This document shows, one piece after another, positions 37,196 to 46,195 of a stretch of 64,000 nucleotides of DNA. The notes below the pieces were generated by a model. That model was not told where the DNA came from. It did no database searches and saw only the letters and a list, made by a program, of their open reading frames with translations. The stretch is from Deltaproteobacteria bacterium (GTDB lineage Bacteria; Myxococcota_A; UBA9042; PHBI01; JACKFB01): positions 1,291 to 65,290 of the forward strand of contig JACKFB010000015.1 of assembly GCA_020632695.1 (NCBI GenBank), read 5' to 3'. The stretch's first letter is position 1; every line of letters begins with the position of its first letter. The position numbers and the translations under genes were made by a program.

Positions 37196-37248
37196 CCTCC
37201 CTCCCTCCCTCCCTCCCTCCTTGCCGCACCGCACCACGGAGCCCCCCC
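37196..37248. promoter_or_regulatory. (CCCT)n tract plus C7 spacer in the leader of the Cys-rich lipoprotein gene; G-quadruplex-capable on the minus strand
   Basis: 37196-37220 reads CCTCCCTCCCTCCCTCCCTCCCTCC, which is five G3 runs with 1-nt loops on the complementary strand. GGAG (37238-37241) is followed by seven consecutive C (37242-37248) that directly abut ATG 37249. Confidence 0.5.
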
Positions 37249-39312
37249 ATGGACCAGCGCCAAGCTCGGTTCTGCGCGATCCTCCTCGCCCCGCTGCTCC
37301 TCCTCACCGCCGCCTGCGGTGGCTCGTCGGCCAACGGCAGCAACGACCTGGACGCCACCGACGTGACAGGCGGCGACACATCGGGAGAGGTCCGAGACAC
37401 GGGCTCGGACACGGGCTCGGACACGGGCTCGGACGCGGGCTCGGACACGGACACGGGCTCGGACACGGCCTCGGACACGGCCTCGGACACGGGCTCGGAC
37501 ACGGGCTCGGACATGGCCTCGGACACGGCCTCGGACACGGCCTCGGACACGGCCTCGGACACGGCCTCGGACACGGCCTCGGACACGGGCTCGGACACGG
37601 GCTCGGACACGGCCACGGACACGGACACGGCCTCGGACACGGCCTCGGACACGGCCTCGGACACGGGCTCGGACACTGGCTCGGACGCCGCGGCCGACAC
37701 CGAGACCGCAGCCGACACCGAGACCGAGACCGCGGCCGACACCGAGACCGGGGCCGAGACCGACACCGAGACCGACACCGAGACCGAGACCGGGGCCGAG
37801 ACCGAGACCGAGACCGCGGCCGACACCGAGACCGACACCGAGACCGAGACCGGGGCCGAGACCGACACCGACACCGGGGCCGAGACCGACACCGAGACCG
37901 AGACCGACACCGCCGCCGACATCGAGACCGACACCGCCTGCGTCCCGGACTGCTCGGACAAGGTGTGCGGCAGCGACCTGTGCGGCGGAAGCTGCGGCAG
38001 TTGCGGCACTGGCGAGATCTGCGATACCGACGGCGGGAGCTGCATCGCCATGTGCTCGACGCTCGTGGCCGCTTGCGTGCCGGATCTGCTCGACCTCGCC
38101 GAGACGTTCTACTGCGACGACCCGGCCTCCGCGCCATGCGTCGAGCTCTTGTACGCGGACTTCCTCGAGGTGGGCTGTGCCCCTTCCTGCCCGGACCTCG
38201 CGCTGCCGGGTCTCGACTCCATCTGCTCGGCACCGGAGTGCGCGTCGCTCAATGGCATCCTGGACTCCGCGGGCCTGCTGGGCCAGGTGTGTGACACCTG
38301 CGCCTGCGTACCGGATTGCACCGGCAAGGTCTGTGGAGACGACGGCTGCGGCGGATCTTGCGGCGCCTGCTCGGCGGGCGCGCTCTGCAGCGCGGCGGGA
38401 CAGTGCGAGGTGGGCATCTGCACGGAGATGGTGGGCGCCTGCGCCCCCGAGCTCGGGAGCGTGGCGGAGGCCTACTGCAACGATCCCGCCTTCCAGCCCT
38501 GCGCCGAGCTGATCTACGCCGACTTCCAGTTGAACGGCTGCTTCGAGGCCTGCTCGAGCCTGGCACTGCCCGGCCTCACCGAGGTCTGCTCGGCGCCGGC
38601 GTGCGCTGACCTGCGCTCGCTCCTCTCGCTGGTGGGCGTCCTGACCGACGAGTGCTCGTCCTGCGCGTGCGTGCCCGAGTGCGCGGGCGCGGTGTGCGGA
38701 GACGACGGCTGCGGCGGGAGCTGTGGCCAGTGTGCGGCCGGATCCGCGTGTGACCCCGAAGGGCAGTGCCAGCCGATCGGCAACCAGACCTGCACGCTCC
38801 AGGTGGAGTGTCCGGCGCCATCGGCCGAGGCGTGCCAGTGCGCGGGGTGTCTCGTCGATGGGAGCTGCACGGCCGACGACGACTGCGTGTGTCCCGAGTG
38901 CGCCTCGGACAGCTTCTGCGGTGACCCGAACAGCTGCAACGCGGACGGCAAGTGCGATCCCTACAACGAAGGCTGCGCCTGCGCGGACTGCGCGAAGCAC
39001 CCGCTCTGCTGCGTGCCGGATTGCAGCGGCAAGGCCTGTGGCGACGACGGCTGCGGCGGGTCCTGCGGTACCTGCGGCGCCGACCAGACCTGCGAGGCGG
39101 GACAGTGCGTGCCAAAGGGCGGCTGCGGCGCCATCACCTTCGAGGGCTGCTGCGAGGGGGACACCCTCTCGTACTGTGAGAACGGCCAGCTCACGACGGG
39201 CGCATGCCCGAATCCCGGGACTTGCGGCTGGGACGCCTCGGGGGGCTACTACAACTGCGACACCGATGGCGGCGGAGACCCCTCGGGCACGCACCCCAAG
39301 GCGTGCCCCTGA
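37249..39312 (+). CDS. modular Cys-rich lipoprotein with about 180-aa acidic repeat tether
   Basis: ATG 37249 lies within track ORF 37117-39312. Lipobox [21 protein letters not shown] repeat region follows. There are four C-V-P-(D/E)-C-x-G-K/A-x-C-G-x-D-x-C-G-G-S-C-G-x-C units starting at nt 37939, 38305, 38668 and 39010. Confidence 0.8.
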   Translation: MDQRQARFCAILLAPLLLLTAACGGSSANGSNDLDATDVTGGDTSGEVRDTGSDTGSDTGSDAGSDTDTGSDTASDTASDTGSDTGSDMASDTASDTASDTASDTASDTASDTGSDTGSDTATDTDTASDTASDTASDTGSDTGSDAAADTETAADTETETAADTETGAETDTETDTETETGAETETETAADTETDTETETGAETDTDTGAETDTETETDTAADIETDTACVPDCSDKVCGSDLCGGSCGSCGTGEICDTDGGSCIAMCSTLVAACVPDLLDLAETFYCDDPASAPCVELLYADFLEVGCAPSCPDLALPGLDSICSAPECASLNGILDSAGLLGQVCDTCACVPDCTGKVCGDDGCGGSCGACSAGALCSAAGQCEVGICTEMVGACAPELGSVAEAYCNDPAFQPCAELIYADFQLNGCFEACSSLALPGLTEVCSAPACADLRSLLSLVGVLTDECSSCACVPECAGAVCGDDGCGGSCGQCAAGSACDPEGQCQPIGNQTCTLQVECPAPSAEACQCAGCLVDGSCTADDDCVCPECASDSFCGDPNSCNADGKCDPYNEGCACADCAKHPLCCVPDCSGKACGDDGCGGSCGTCGADQTCEAGQCVPKGGCGAITFEGCCEGDTLSYCENGQLTTGACPNPGTCGWDASGGYYNCDTDGGGDPSGTHPKACP
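37396..37935 (+). repeat. in-frame 6/12-nt periodic acidic repeats: (GACACGGGCTCG/GACACGGCCTCG)n then (ACCGAGACC...)n
   Basis: Direct reading. Block A, about 37396-37686, encodes (DTGS/DTAS)n. Block B, about 37687-37935, encodes ([12 protein letters not shown])n. Confidence 0.9.
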
Positions 39313-39362
39313 ACGGGCGCAGCCCCTGACGGCACTGCAGGCGGCTGGGCGCCGACCTGGGG

Positions 39363-42300
39363 TCAGCGGCGCTGCCAGGTCACCAGGGCGCGCAGACCGC
39401 GACTCTCGTCTTCGCCTTCGAAGGCGAGACCGAAGCTCGCCTGGTCCAACTCGTCGGCGAGTCGGGCCAGCGGCGAGCCGGGGACGGGGAGGGCGGGGAA
39501 GCGGGGAGACGCTTCGGTCCCGTACAGGCTGTGGGTGAGGCGTCCCTCCGCGTCGACGCTGAAGCTCGCGCCAGGGCCGGCCACGGGCTCGTACCCGAAG
39601 AAGCCCAGCGCAGCCTGGCGGCGCGGCTCGCCCTCGGCGGGAAGCGCGCCCAGACCGGCGGCCAGGACCTCGATGTCGCGCCATGCGCGCCAGGAGGCCC
39701 GACGCAGCTCGCGCTCCACCAGCAGCGCAGCCGTGCGCGCGAGCCAGGGCGCGTCGGGGCTGAGACCCACCCGCAGGTCGGCCTGCCGCGGAGCCTCGGC
39801 GGAGTCCCCGTCGGGCGCCGTCGGCCGGTCGAGGGTCTCGTCGATGAGCGTCTGCAGCGTGCCCAGGTCCAGGGTCGCGTAGAAGGCGTCGCCGACCGTG
39901 GCGTAGTAGAGGCGCACGTCCCGCAGCTCGGGGTCGCCTGCGCCGGGGCCGGGGCTCACGGTCACGATGGGCACCTCGCGGTAGGGGTCGGCCGCGCCCC
40001 ACACGGCCAGGCCCGGGGCGGTGGTCTCGGCCAGGGTGCGCAGCGCCGTCAGGGTGGCGGCGAGGCCCAGCGGGTTGGCTATCCGGGCGCCGACGTAGAC
40101 CGGCAGGTGGGCGATGGCCTCCATCTCGCGCTTTCGCCGGTCGCCGTCCTGGGCGTCGGGCTCGGCCGGGAGCTGGGGCCAGCGGTCGGGCTCGAGCTGC
40201 AGCGCCGCGTCCCACAGGCCGCTGCGGCTGGCCGCGCCCAGCATCACCGTGTCGCCGAGCCAGCTCAGCCCGCCGAGCTTCATGCTGCGCCCCACGCCGT
40301 CCAGCTCGCGGCGGAGCGGCGCGTCGGCGGCGATGCCCAGGGTCCAGCGCACCCCGCCCACCCGCGCGGGCGGCGGAAACGAGGTGGTCCCGACCTTGTC
40401 GACCAGCTCGTCGTACTCGGTCCCGCTGACCAGCGGCATCATCCGCGCGTCCAGCGACAGGCGCTTGCCGTCAGCCGAGCGGCGCAGGCGCACGGCGATG
40501 GGGTCGATGTAGCCTCGCCAGTACTGCTGGTAGGTGTCGCGGAAGCGGGCGTAGGCGTCGCGCTCCTCGGCGCTGACCTCGGTGAGGGTCAGGTCGGCCA
40601 GGGGCGTCAGCGCGTCGGCGCGACCCCAGCGCTCCGAGCGCGCGCCGCGGGTGGGTTCGAGGACGATGGGCGCGCCGTCCGGGTGCCTCAGCTCGCGCGC
40701 GTCGAGCAGCCCCGACGCGACCAGCGCTTCGGCCGTCGGGGCGGGGGCGCCCTCGAGCATGCCGTGGAGGAGCTGGGCGAAGCCGACGGCCAGCAGGTCG
40801 GCCTGGGCTGCCATGCGTCGCCCCTGGAGGATCTTCGTGCGCGGGGAGACGGCGCGGGCGACGAAGGCGTCGCCCATGAAGAGGAAGGCGTCCTCGGCGG
40901 CCGGGTCGTAGGGGTAGACCGCGCGCATCCAGCGGAAGTCGCCGCTGGCCGACAGCGGTGGTGACCTCCCGTCGGCCACGGCGGCGAAGCGCTCGATGGC
41001 GGCGCGGCTGTTGGACAGGATCAGCAGGTCGCCCAGCTCGAGACGGTGCTGGCGCACGCTGCCGTCGGCGGAGCTGACCAGGCGCACGGGGTGCTCGCCA
41101 GCGCTCCACCGGGTCTCGGTCAGCGCCGGGTCGCGGACGCGGGCCTGCGCCTCGTAGGTCGCCAGCGCCGTCATGAGCAGCGAGCGCTTGCGCACCTCGA
41201 TGACCAGGCTCAGGTCGGTGCCCTCGCGCACGAAGGGGTCGCCCAGGACCAGCGCGATGCCGTGCGCCGCCAGCGGGCCCAGCGTCTCGGCCAGGCCGGT
41301 GCGCTCGAGCATCAGCTCGCGCTCGTAGCGGGCCACCAGATGCGAGGTCGCCGGGCGCGCCTCCACCGCCTGGAGCAGCGACTCGAGCCAGTCATCGGCG
41401 TCGGCGGCCAGCCGCACCGCCGTGCGCAGGTCCCCCATGTGGATGTAGAGCACGTCCTGCGGGATGTACGACGCCAGCGGCTCGATGACCGGCGCCTTCC
41501 CGGTCGCGGCCAGCATGGCGTCCCACGGGTGCTGGGCCATGGGCACGCCCTCGATCGAGGCGAGGGGGACCGGCGGCCCGGTGGTCGTGCGCCCGGAGCC
41601 CCAGGTCATCAGCCCGCGATCGGTCTGCAGCGCTTCGGCGACCGAGGTGAGGCCGGTGTACAGGCTCATCGTCTCGGCCAGCTCGGTCTTGGGGGCGCGG
41701 GTGGGGCGGGCCGCGGCGTCGGGCGATGTGTCTCCGGCCAGGCGCTGGGCGCGGGCCGACGCGAAGGCGAAGAAGGGGGGCGTGGCGCTGCCGGGGCGGG
41801 TTCCCCAGGCGCCGAGATCGCGCGCCAGCCCGCGGAAGAATGCGGCGGGGAGGGCGCGGTCGTCGGGCAGCCCGGCGGGGACGCTGAGGTCGACGCGCTG
41901 CAGGACCCAGGGCGCGAAGGGGTCGCCCCAGCGGGTCGCGGGGTCGCGCTCGACGAGCAGCTCGATGGGGCCCGGCGGCGGAGCGCCGACCAACCGCACG
42001 ACGAGCTCGTCGCGGGCGGGTGTGGGGCCGGGGACGCGCACCGCGTAGCCGTGGGCCCCGCCGCGGAGGCGGATCCGGACGGGTTGGAGCTCGGTGGCCG
42101 TCGCAGACTCGGCGCCGCTGGGCATGGGGCAGGAGAGCCATGTGTGCCCCGAGGCTTCGTGGCGGCGCGTGGCGGTGAGCGGCTGGGGGGCGAGGGTGGT
42201 GGCGGGGCGTTCGCCGGTACGCAGGGCTCGCTGGCTGCCAGGGTCGGCGACGGGGTGCGGGGTTGGGGGCTCGGCGGGCGCGGCGGGCGCGGCGTCGGCG

Positions 42301-42398
42301 GTCCTGGGGTCGGGCGCCTCGGCTGGAGCCGGCTCCGAGCCCTTGCAGGCCACGACCGACAGGGCGCAGGCGAAGAGCGTGAGGGTGCGGCGGGCCAT
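39363..42398 (-). CDS. large hypothetical lipoprotein (1011 aa)
   Basis: ATG 42398 lies within track ORF 39363-44057, with GGAG about 6 nt upstream. Lipobox LFACALSVVAC. The sequence is Pro-rich and then globular with no recognisable motif. The part of the track ORF upstream of 42398 is antisense to the next gene. Confidence 0.7.
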   Translation of the reverse strand: MARRTLTLFACALSVVACKGSEPAPAEAPDPRTADAAPAAPAEPPTPHPVADPGSQRALRTGERPATTLAPQPLTATRRHEASGHTWLSCPMPSGAESATATELQPVRIRLRGGAHGYAVRVPGPTPARDELVVRLVGAPPPGPIELLVERDPATRWGDPFAPWVLQRVDLSVPAGLPDDRALPAAFFRGLARDLGAWGTRPGSATPPFFAFASARAQRLAGDTSPDAAARPTRAPKTELAETMSLYTGLTSVAEALQTDRGLMTWGSGRTTTGPPVPLASIEGVPMAQHPWDAMLAATGKAPVIEPLASYIPQDVLYIHMGDLRTAVRLAADADDWLESLLQAVEARPATSHLVARYERELMLERTGLAETLGPLAAHGIALVLGDPFVREGTDLSLVIEVRKRSLLMTALATYEAQARVRDPALTETRWSAGEHPVRLVSSADGSVRQHRLELGDLLILSNSRAAIERFAAVADGRSPPLSASGDFRWMRAVYPYDPAAEDAFLFMGDAFVARAVSPRTKILQGRRMAAQADLLAVGFAQLLHGMLEGAPAPTAEALVASGLLDARELRHPDGAPIVLEPTRGARSERWGRADALTPLADLTLTEVSAEERDAYARFRDTYQQYWRGYIDPIAVRLRRSADGKRLSLDARMMPLVSGTEYDELVDKVGTTSFPPPARVGGVRWTLGIAADAPLRRELDGVGRSMKLGGLSWLGDTVMLGAASRSGLWDAALQLEPDRWPQLPAEPDAQDGDRRKREMEAIAHLPVYVGARIANPLGLAATLTALRTLAETTAPGLAVWGAADPYREVPIVTVSPGPGAGDPELRDVRLYYATVGDAFYATLDLGTLQTLIDETLDRPTAPDGDSAEAPRQADLRVGLSPDAPWLARTAALLVERELRRASWRAWRDIEVLAAGLGALPAEGEPRRQAALGFFGYEPVAGPGASFSVDAEGRLTHSLYGTEASPRFPALPVPGSPLARLADELDQASFGLAFEGEDESRGLRALVTWQRR

Positions 42399-42581
42399 GG
42401 GCGACTCCGGGGGGCGAGGCGGGGGCGGCAACGTAGACGCACCATCGCTGATTCCGCGACTCTCCGATAGATGTGTGCCCGCGCGAGATCCCTGGACTCG
42501 GCAGGGCCGCGCGGCCACACTTTCGGAGCGCGTGCGCCGGAGAGCCCGGGCGTTCGAGGGGCCAGCGGCAAGGAGCCCAGC

Positions 42582-44285
42582 ATGGGGCGGTCGGGGCGGT
42601 CGGGGCGAGCGGGGCGGATGGCCGGAGGGCTCCTGTTCGCTTGGGTGGCGGCGTGTGGAGGCGCGGGCGGAGCGGATGTCCGGGGCGGGGCGGATGCGGG
42701 GGCCGAGGCCGGGGCGGAGACCGGGGCCGGGGCCGAGACCGGGGCCGAGACCGGGGCCGAGACCGGGGCCGAGACCGATGCCGGGGCCGAGACCGGGGCC
42801 GAGACCGGGGCCGAGACCGGGACCGAGGCCGGGGCCGGGGCCGAGACCGAGACCGGGGCCGAGACCGGGGCCGAGACCGGGGCCGAGACCGGGGCCGAGA
42901 CCGGGGCCGAGACCGGGGCCGAGACCGAGACCGATGCGGGGCCGGAGCTGGGGGCGGTGGTGATCAATGAGGCGGAGTCGGTGGGGGATGACCGGATCGA
43001 GCTGGTGAATCGGGGGGCGGGGGCGCGGGATGTCTCGGGGTGGCGGGTGTTCGACGGGGAGCACCTGGCCGCGAAGTCGTACGTCGTGGCGCCGGGCACG
43101 GTGCTCGCGGCGGGGGAGCGGTTGGTGCTGACCAAGGGGCAGCAGCATGGGTTCGGATTGGGCGACGCCGACGGGGTGATCCTGGAGGACGCGGCGGGCG
43201 CGCTGGTCGACGCGACGAGCTGGGCCAAGGGGATGGCGGCGGTGAGCTGGTGCCGGTTCCCGGACGGGGTCGGGGCGTTCACGGCGTGCTCGGAGGCCAC
43301 CTTTGGGGCGGTGAACGTCGACGTCCAGGACGCGGTGATTGTCGAGCCCCTGTGGATCGGCGGGGGGCCCAGCGCGACGGTGGAGGGGCCGGACTACGAG
43401 ACGCTCGACGAGCTGAGCTTCGACGCGGCGGGGCGGCTGTGGGTGGCCGACGTGCCGCCGGCCTTGATCCACGTCTACGACCCCAGCGGCGGGTGGTTGG
43501 GCAGCGTGGGCGGCCTGGGCACGATGAAGGGCGAGTTCCTGGGGCTGGAGTCCATCCGGGCCACCCCGGACGGGCGGGTGGGGGCGCTGGACCGCGCGCA
43601 GAAGCGGATCCAGTTCTTCGACGCGGACTCGCGGGAGGCGCTGGGGTCCATCCCCTGCACCGGCTGCAAGGACCCGGTGGGGCTGGCGTTCCTGGCGGGC
43701 GGCGAGATCCTCGTCGTCGACCAGTCGCCCAACCGGGTGCTGACGCTCGACGCGCAGGGGGCGGCGGTCGGCGGCTATCAGTTCAGCAGCGGCGGGGGAG
43801 CCATCCTGTCGAAGCCGGAGACGCTGGCGGTGGACGCGGCGACGGACCGGCTGCTGGTGACCTCCGAGAACGCCGCGCGGGTCGAGATCTACGACCTGAG
43901 CGAGGGCACCTGGCGCGGCGAACACATCGGCGACCATCAGCAGGGAGGGACCCCCGAGCCCGGGCGCTTCGCGGGCGCCGTCGAGGGCATCGCCGTCGAC
44001 CTCACCCGGGGGTTGCTCTTCATGAGCGACGAGGACAACGGCCGCATCCTGGTGCACGCGCTGGCCGACGTGGCCGACCTCTACGACCCCGAAGCGAACT
44101 TCGGCTTCCTGGGCGCCTTCGGGCGCACCGGCTCGAAGCCCGGTGAGATGAGCTCGGTCGACGGGCTCATCGTCGACGAGGCCAGCGGCCGCCTGGCGGT
44201 CGCCGACGAGGGCAACGCCCGGGTGCAGGTGTTCGCGATCGAGGCGATCATGGAGGCCCTGGGGCTCGCGGGGCCGACGCCATGA
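42582..44285 (+). CDS. lipoprotein: acidic tether - lamin-tail domain (LTD) - NHL-repeat beta-propeller
   Basis: ATG 42582 is preceded by AAGGAG (42570-42575). Lipobox LLFAWVAAC. LTD motif: VVINEAESVGDDRIELVNRGAGARDVSGWRVFD. At least five NHL-like repeats, e.g. PVGLAFLAGGEILVVDQSPNRVLTLD and VDGLIVDEASGRLAVADEGNARVQVFA. Confidence 0.75.
   Translation: MGRSGRSGRAGRMAGGLLFAWVAACGGAGGADVRGGADAGAEAGAETGAGAETGAETGAETGAETDAGAETGAETGAETGTEAGAGAETETGAETGAETGAETGAETGAETGAETETDAGPELGAVVINEAESVGDDRIELVNRGAGARDVSGWRVFDGEHLAAKSYVVAPGTVLAAGERLVLTKGQQHGFGLGDADGVILEDAAGALVDATSWAKGMAAVSWCRFPDGVGAFTACSEATFGAVNVDVQDAVIVEPLWIGGGPSATVEGPDYETLDELSFDAAGRLWVADVPPALIHVYDPSGGWLGSVGGLGTMKGEFLGLESIRATPDGRVGALDRAQKRIQFFDADSREALGSIPCTGCKDPVGLAFLAGGEILVVDQSPNRVLTLDAQGAAVGGYQFSSGGGAILSKPETLAVDAATDRLLVTSENAARVEIYDLSEGTWRGEHIGDHQQGGTPEPGRFAGAVEGIAVDLTRGLLFMSDEDNGRILVHALADVADLYDPEANFGFLGAFGRTGSKPGEMSSVDGLIVDEASGRLAVADEGNARVQVFAIEAIMEALGLAGPTP
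42695..42945 (+). repeat. in-frame (GAGACCGGGGCC)n acidic tether repeat (ETGA)n
   Basis: Direct reading of near-perfect 12-nt units. Confidence 0.9.
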
Positions 44286-46195
44286 CGCGCTGGGGGGCGG
44301 TGGCGGTGGTCGTGGCGGTGGTGGTGGTCGTGGCGGGGTGCGGGGCCGGGGCCGATGCCGGGGCCGAGACCGAGGCCGGGGCCGAGACCGAGGCCGAGGC
44401 CGGGGCCGAGACCGGGGCCGAGACCGAGACCGGGGCCGGGGCCGATGCCGAGACCGAGACCGGGGCCGGGACCGAGACCGAGACCGGGGCCGAGACCGGG
44501 GCCGAGACTGGGGCCGAGACCGGGGCCGAGGCCGGGGCCGGGGCCGAGACCGGGGCCGAGACCGGGGCCGGGGCCGAGACCGAGACCGGGGCCGAGGCCG
44601 ATGCCGAGACCGAGACCGGGGCCGGGGCCGGGGCCGAGGCCGGGGCCGAGACCGGGGCCGAGACTGGGGCCGAGACTGGGGCCGAGACCGGGGCCGAGAC
44701 TGGGGCCGAGGCCGAGGCCGGGGCCGAGACTGGGGCCGAGACTGGGGCCGAGACCGAGACCGGGGCGGAGACCGAGACGGGGGGCGACGCTGAGGTGGAG
44801 GTGGGGCCGGATGTCTGTGGTGGGTTGCCTGCGCTGGATGCGCTGGGGCCTCCGGTGAATTCGGCTCCCTGGTTGGAGACGCTGGTGGCGCTCTACGACT
44901 GCGGGGTGCTGAGTCGGGACGGGCTCCGGGAGCGGCTCGAGCAGGTGCCGGCGCCGGCGGGGTGGCCGGTCGATGGCACCGTGCTCCTCAGCGCGAGCGA
45001 GGTGCCCTGGGAGCTCGATGCGAATCTGGTGGTGCCGGGCGGTGCGGTGCTGCTCATGGCGCCGGGGGCTCGGCTGCGGCTGGGCGAGGGGGTGCGGCTC
45101 GAGGTGCAGGGGCGGCTCGTCGGGTTGGGGCGGGTGGACGCGCCGCTGGTCATCGAGGGCCCGCCGGCCGGCTACGACACGGTGGCGCTGCTGGGCGGCC
45201 CCGACCTGCTGGCGCACGCGTCGCTGCGCTCGGGGCGCGCGCTCATCAGCCTGGGCGCCACGCAGGCGCCGGCGCTTCTGGAGGATCTGCGCTTCGACGC
45301 CTGGACCGACAACGCCTTGCGCCTCGACCACACCCCCGACGCCACCCTGCGGCGGGCCCACTTCGGCGCCGACACGCCGGAGGAGCTGCAGTCGGGGGAG
45401 GCGCTCTCGGGCGACCACAGCTCGATCCTCGTCGAGGGCTGCACCTTCTGGCCCAGCATCACCTTCGACGACGCCATCGACCTGGAGAACTGCCCGGCCA
45501 GCCGCCCGGTGCGCGTGGTCGGCAACGACTTCCTGGGCGGACTGGACGACGCCATCGACCTGGACCTCTGCTACGCGCTGGTCGACGGCAACTTCATCCG
45601 CGGCTACTTCCCCACCGCGGGCGCCGACCAGGGGCTCAACGGCGGCGGGATCACCGGTCAGGCCAGCACGGTGACGCTGGTGGACAACGTCATCGAGGAC
45701 TGCCGCCACGGCATCGGCTTCAAGGACGGCAGCAAGGTGACGCTGCTGCACACCACCATCACCGGCTGCAACATCGGGCTCGCCCTCTACCGCACCTCGC
45801 CCTCGGCCAAGCTGCCCTCGATGCTGGTCACCAACTGCCTGGTCTACGGGAACCCCGATCTGGACACCGGGCTGCCCCACGACATCGAGCTGGACGGCGC
45901 CTGGACCGGCTCGCCCGGCGCGTTGGACCCGCAGCTCCTCTCGGCGCGCTACACGCTCTTCGAGACGCCCTGGCCCGGCGAGCAGAACCTCAGCGCCGAC
46001 CCGCTGCTGGCCGACGAGGGTGGCGTGCCGGTGCCGCAGCCGGGCTCGCCGGCCATCGGGACGGGGCTGGCGCCGGAGCAGGCGGGGCTGGACGCCGCGA
46101 CGCTCGACGCGCTGCGGCTGGATTTCCGCGGGCACTCGCGCCTGGGCGCGGGCGGCAGCTTCGCGCCGGTGACCCGGGGGGCCGTCGAGCCATGA
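44282..46195 (+). CDS. lipoprotein: acidic tether - right-handed parallel beta-helix (pectate-lyase-fold) domain
   Basis: The ATG overlaps the upstream stop (ATGA at 44282-44285). Lipobox VVVVVAGC. The sequence is repetitive, with G-x-x-I/V-x-N/G-C/N turns, e.g. VTLVDNVIEDCRHGIGF, VTLLHTTITGCNIGLAL, MLVTNCLVYGN. Confidence 0.6.
   Translation: MTRWGAVAVVVAVVVVVAGCGAGADAGAETEAGAETEAEAGAETGAETETGAGADAETETGAGTETETGAETGAETGAETGAEAGAGAETGAETGAGAETETGAEADAETETGAGAGAEAGAETGAETGAETGAETGAETGAEAEAGAETGAETGAETETGAETETGGDAEVEVGPDVCGGLPALDALGPPVNSAPWLETLVALYDCGVLSRDGLRERLEQVPAPAGWPVDGTVLLSASEVPWELDANLVVPGGAVLLMAPGARLRLGEGVRLEVQGRLVGLGRVDAPLVIEGPPAGYDTVALLGGPDLLAHASLRSGRALISLGATQAPALLEDLRFDAWTDNALRLDHTPDATLRRAHFGADTPEELQSGEALSGDHSSILVEGCTFWPSITFDDAIDLENCPASRPVRVVGNDFLGGLDDAIDLDLCYALVDGNFIRGYFPTAGADQGLNGGGITGQASTVTLVDNVIEDCRHGIGFKDGSKVTLLHTTITGCNIGLALYRTSPSAKLPSMLVTNCLVYGNPDLDTGLPHDIELDGAWTGSPGALDPQLLSARYTLFETPWPGEQNLSADPLLADEGGVPVPQPGSPAIGTGLAPEQAGLDAATLDALRLDFRGHSRLGAGGSFAPVTRGAVEP
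44340..44785 (+). repeat. in-frame (GAGACCGGGGCC / GAGACTGGGGCC / GAGGCCGGGGCC)n acidic tether repeat
   Basis: Direct reading. It shares the 12-mer GGGGCCGAGACC with 42695-42945. Confidence 0.9.

Noticed and set aside
37054-40215. 1053-aa minus-strand ORF across the Cys-rich lipoprotein gene, plus the RGR/GLG/PRP-repeat ORFs at 37182-38294
   Set aside because: These are alternative readings of the hexamer repeats and antisense to a gene with a lipobox and an ordered Cys-repeat architecture.
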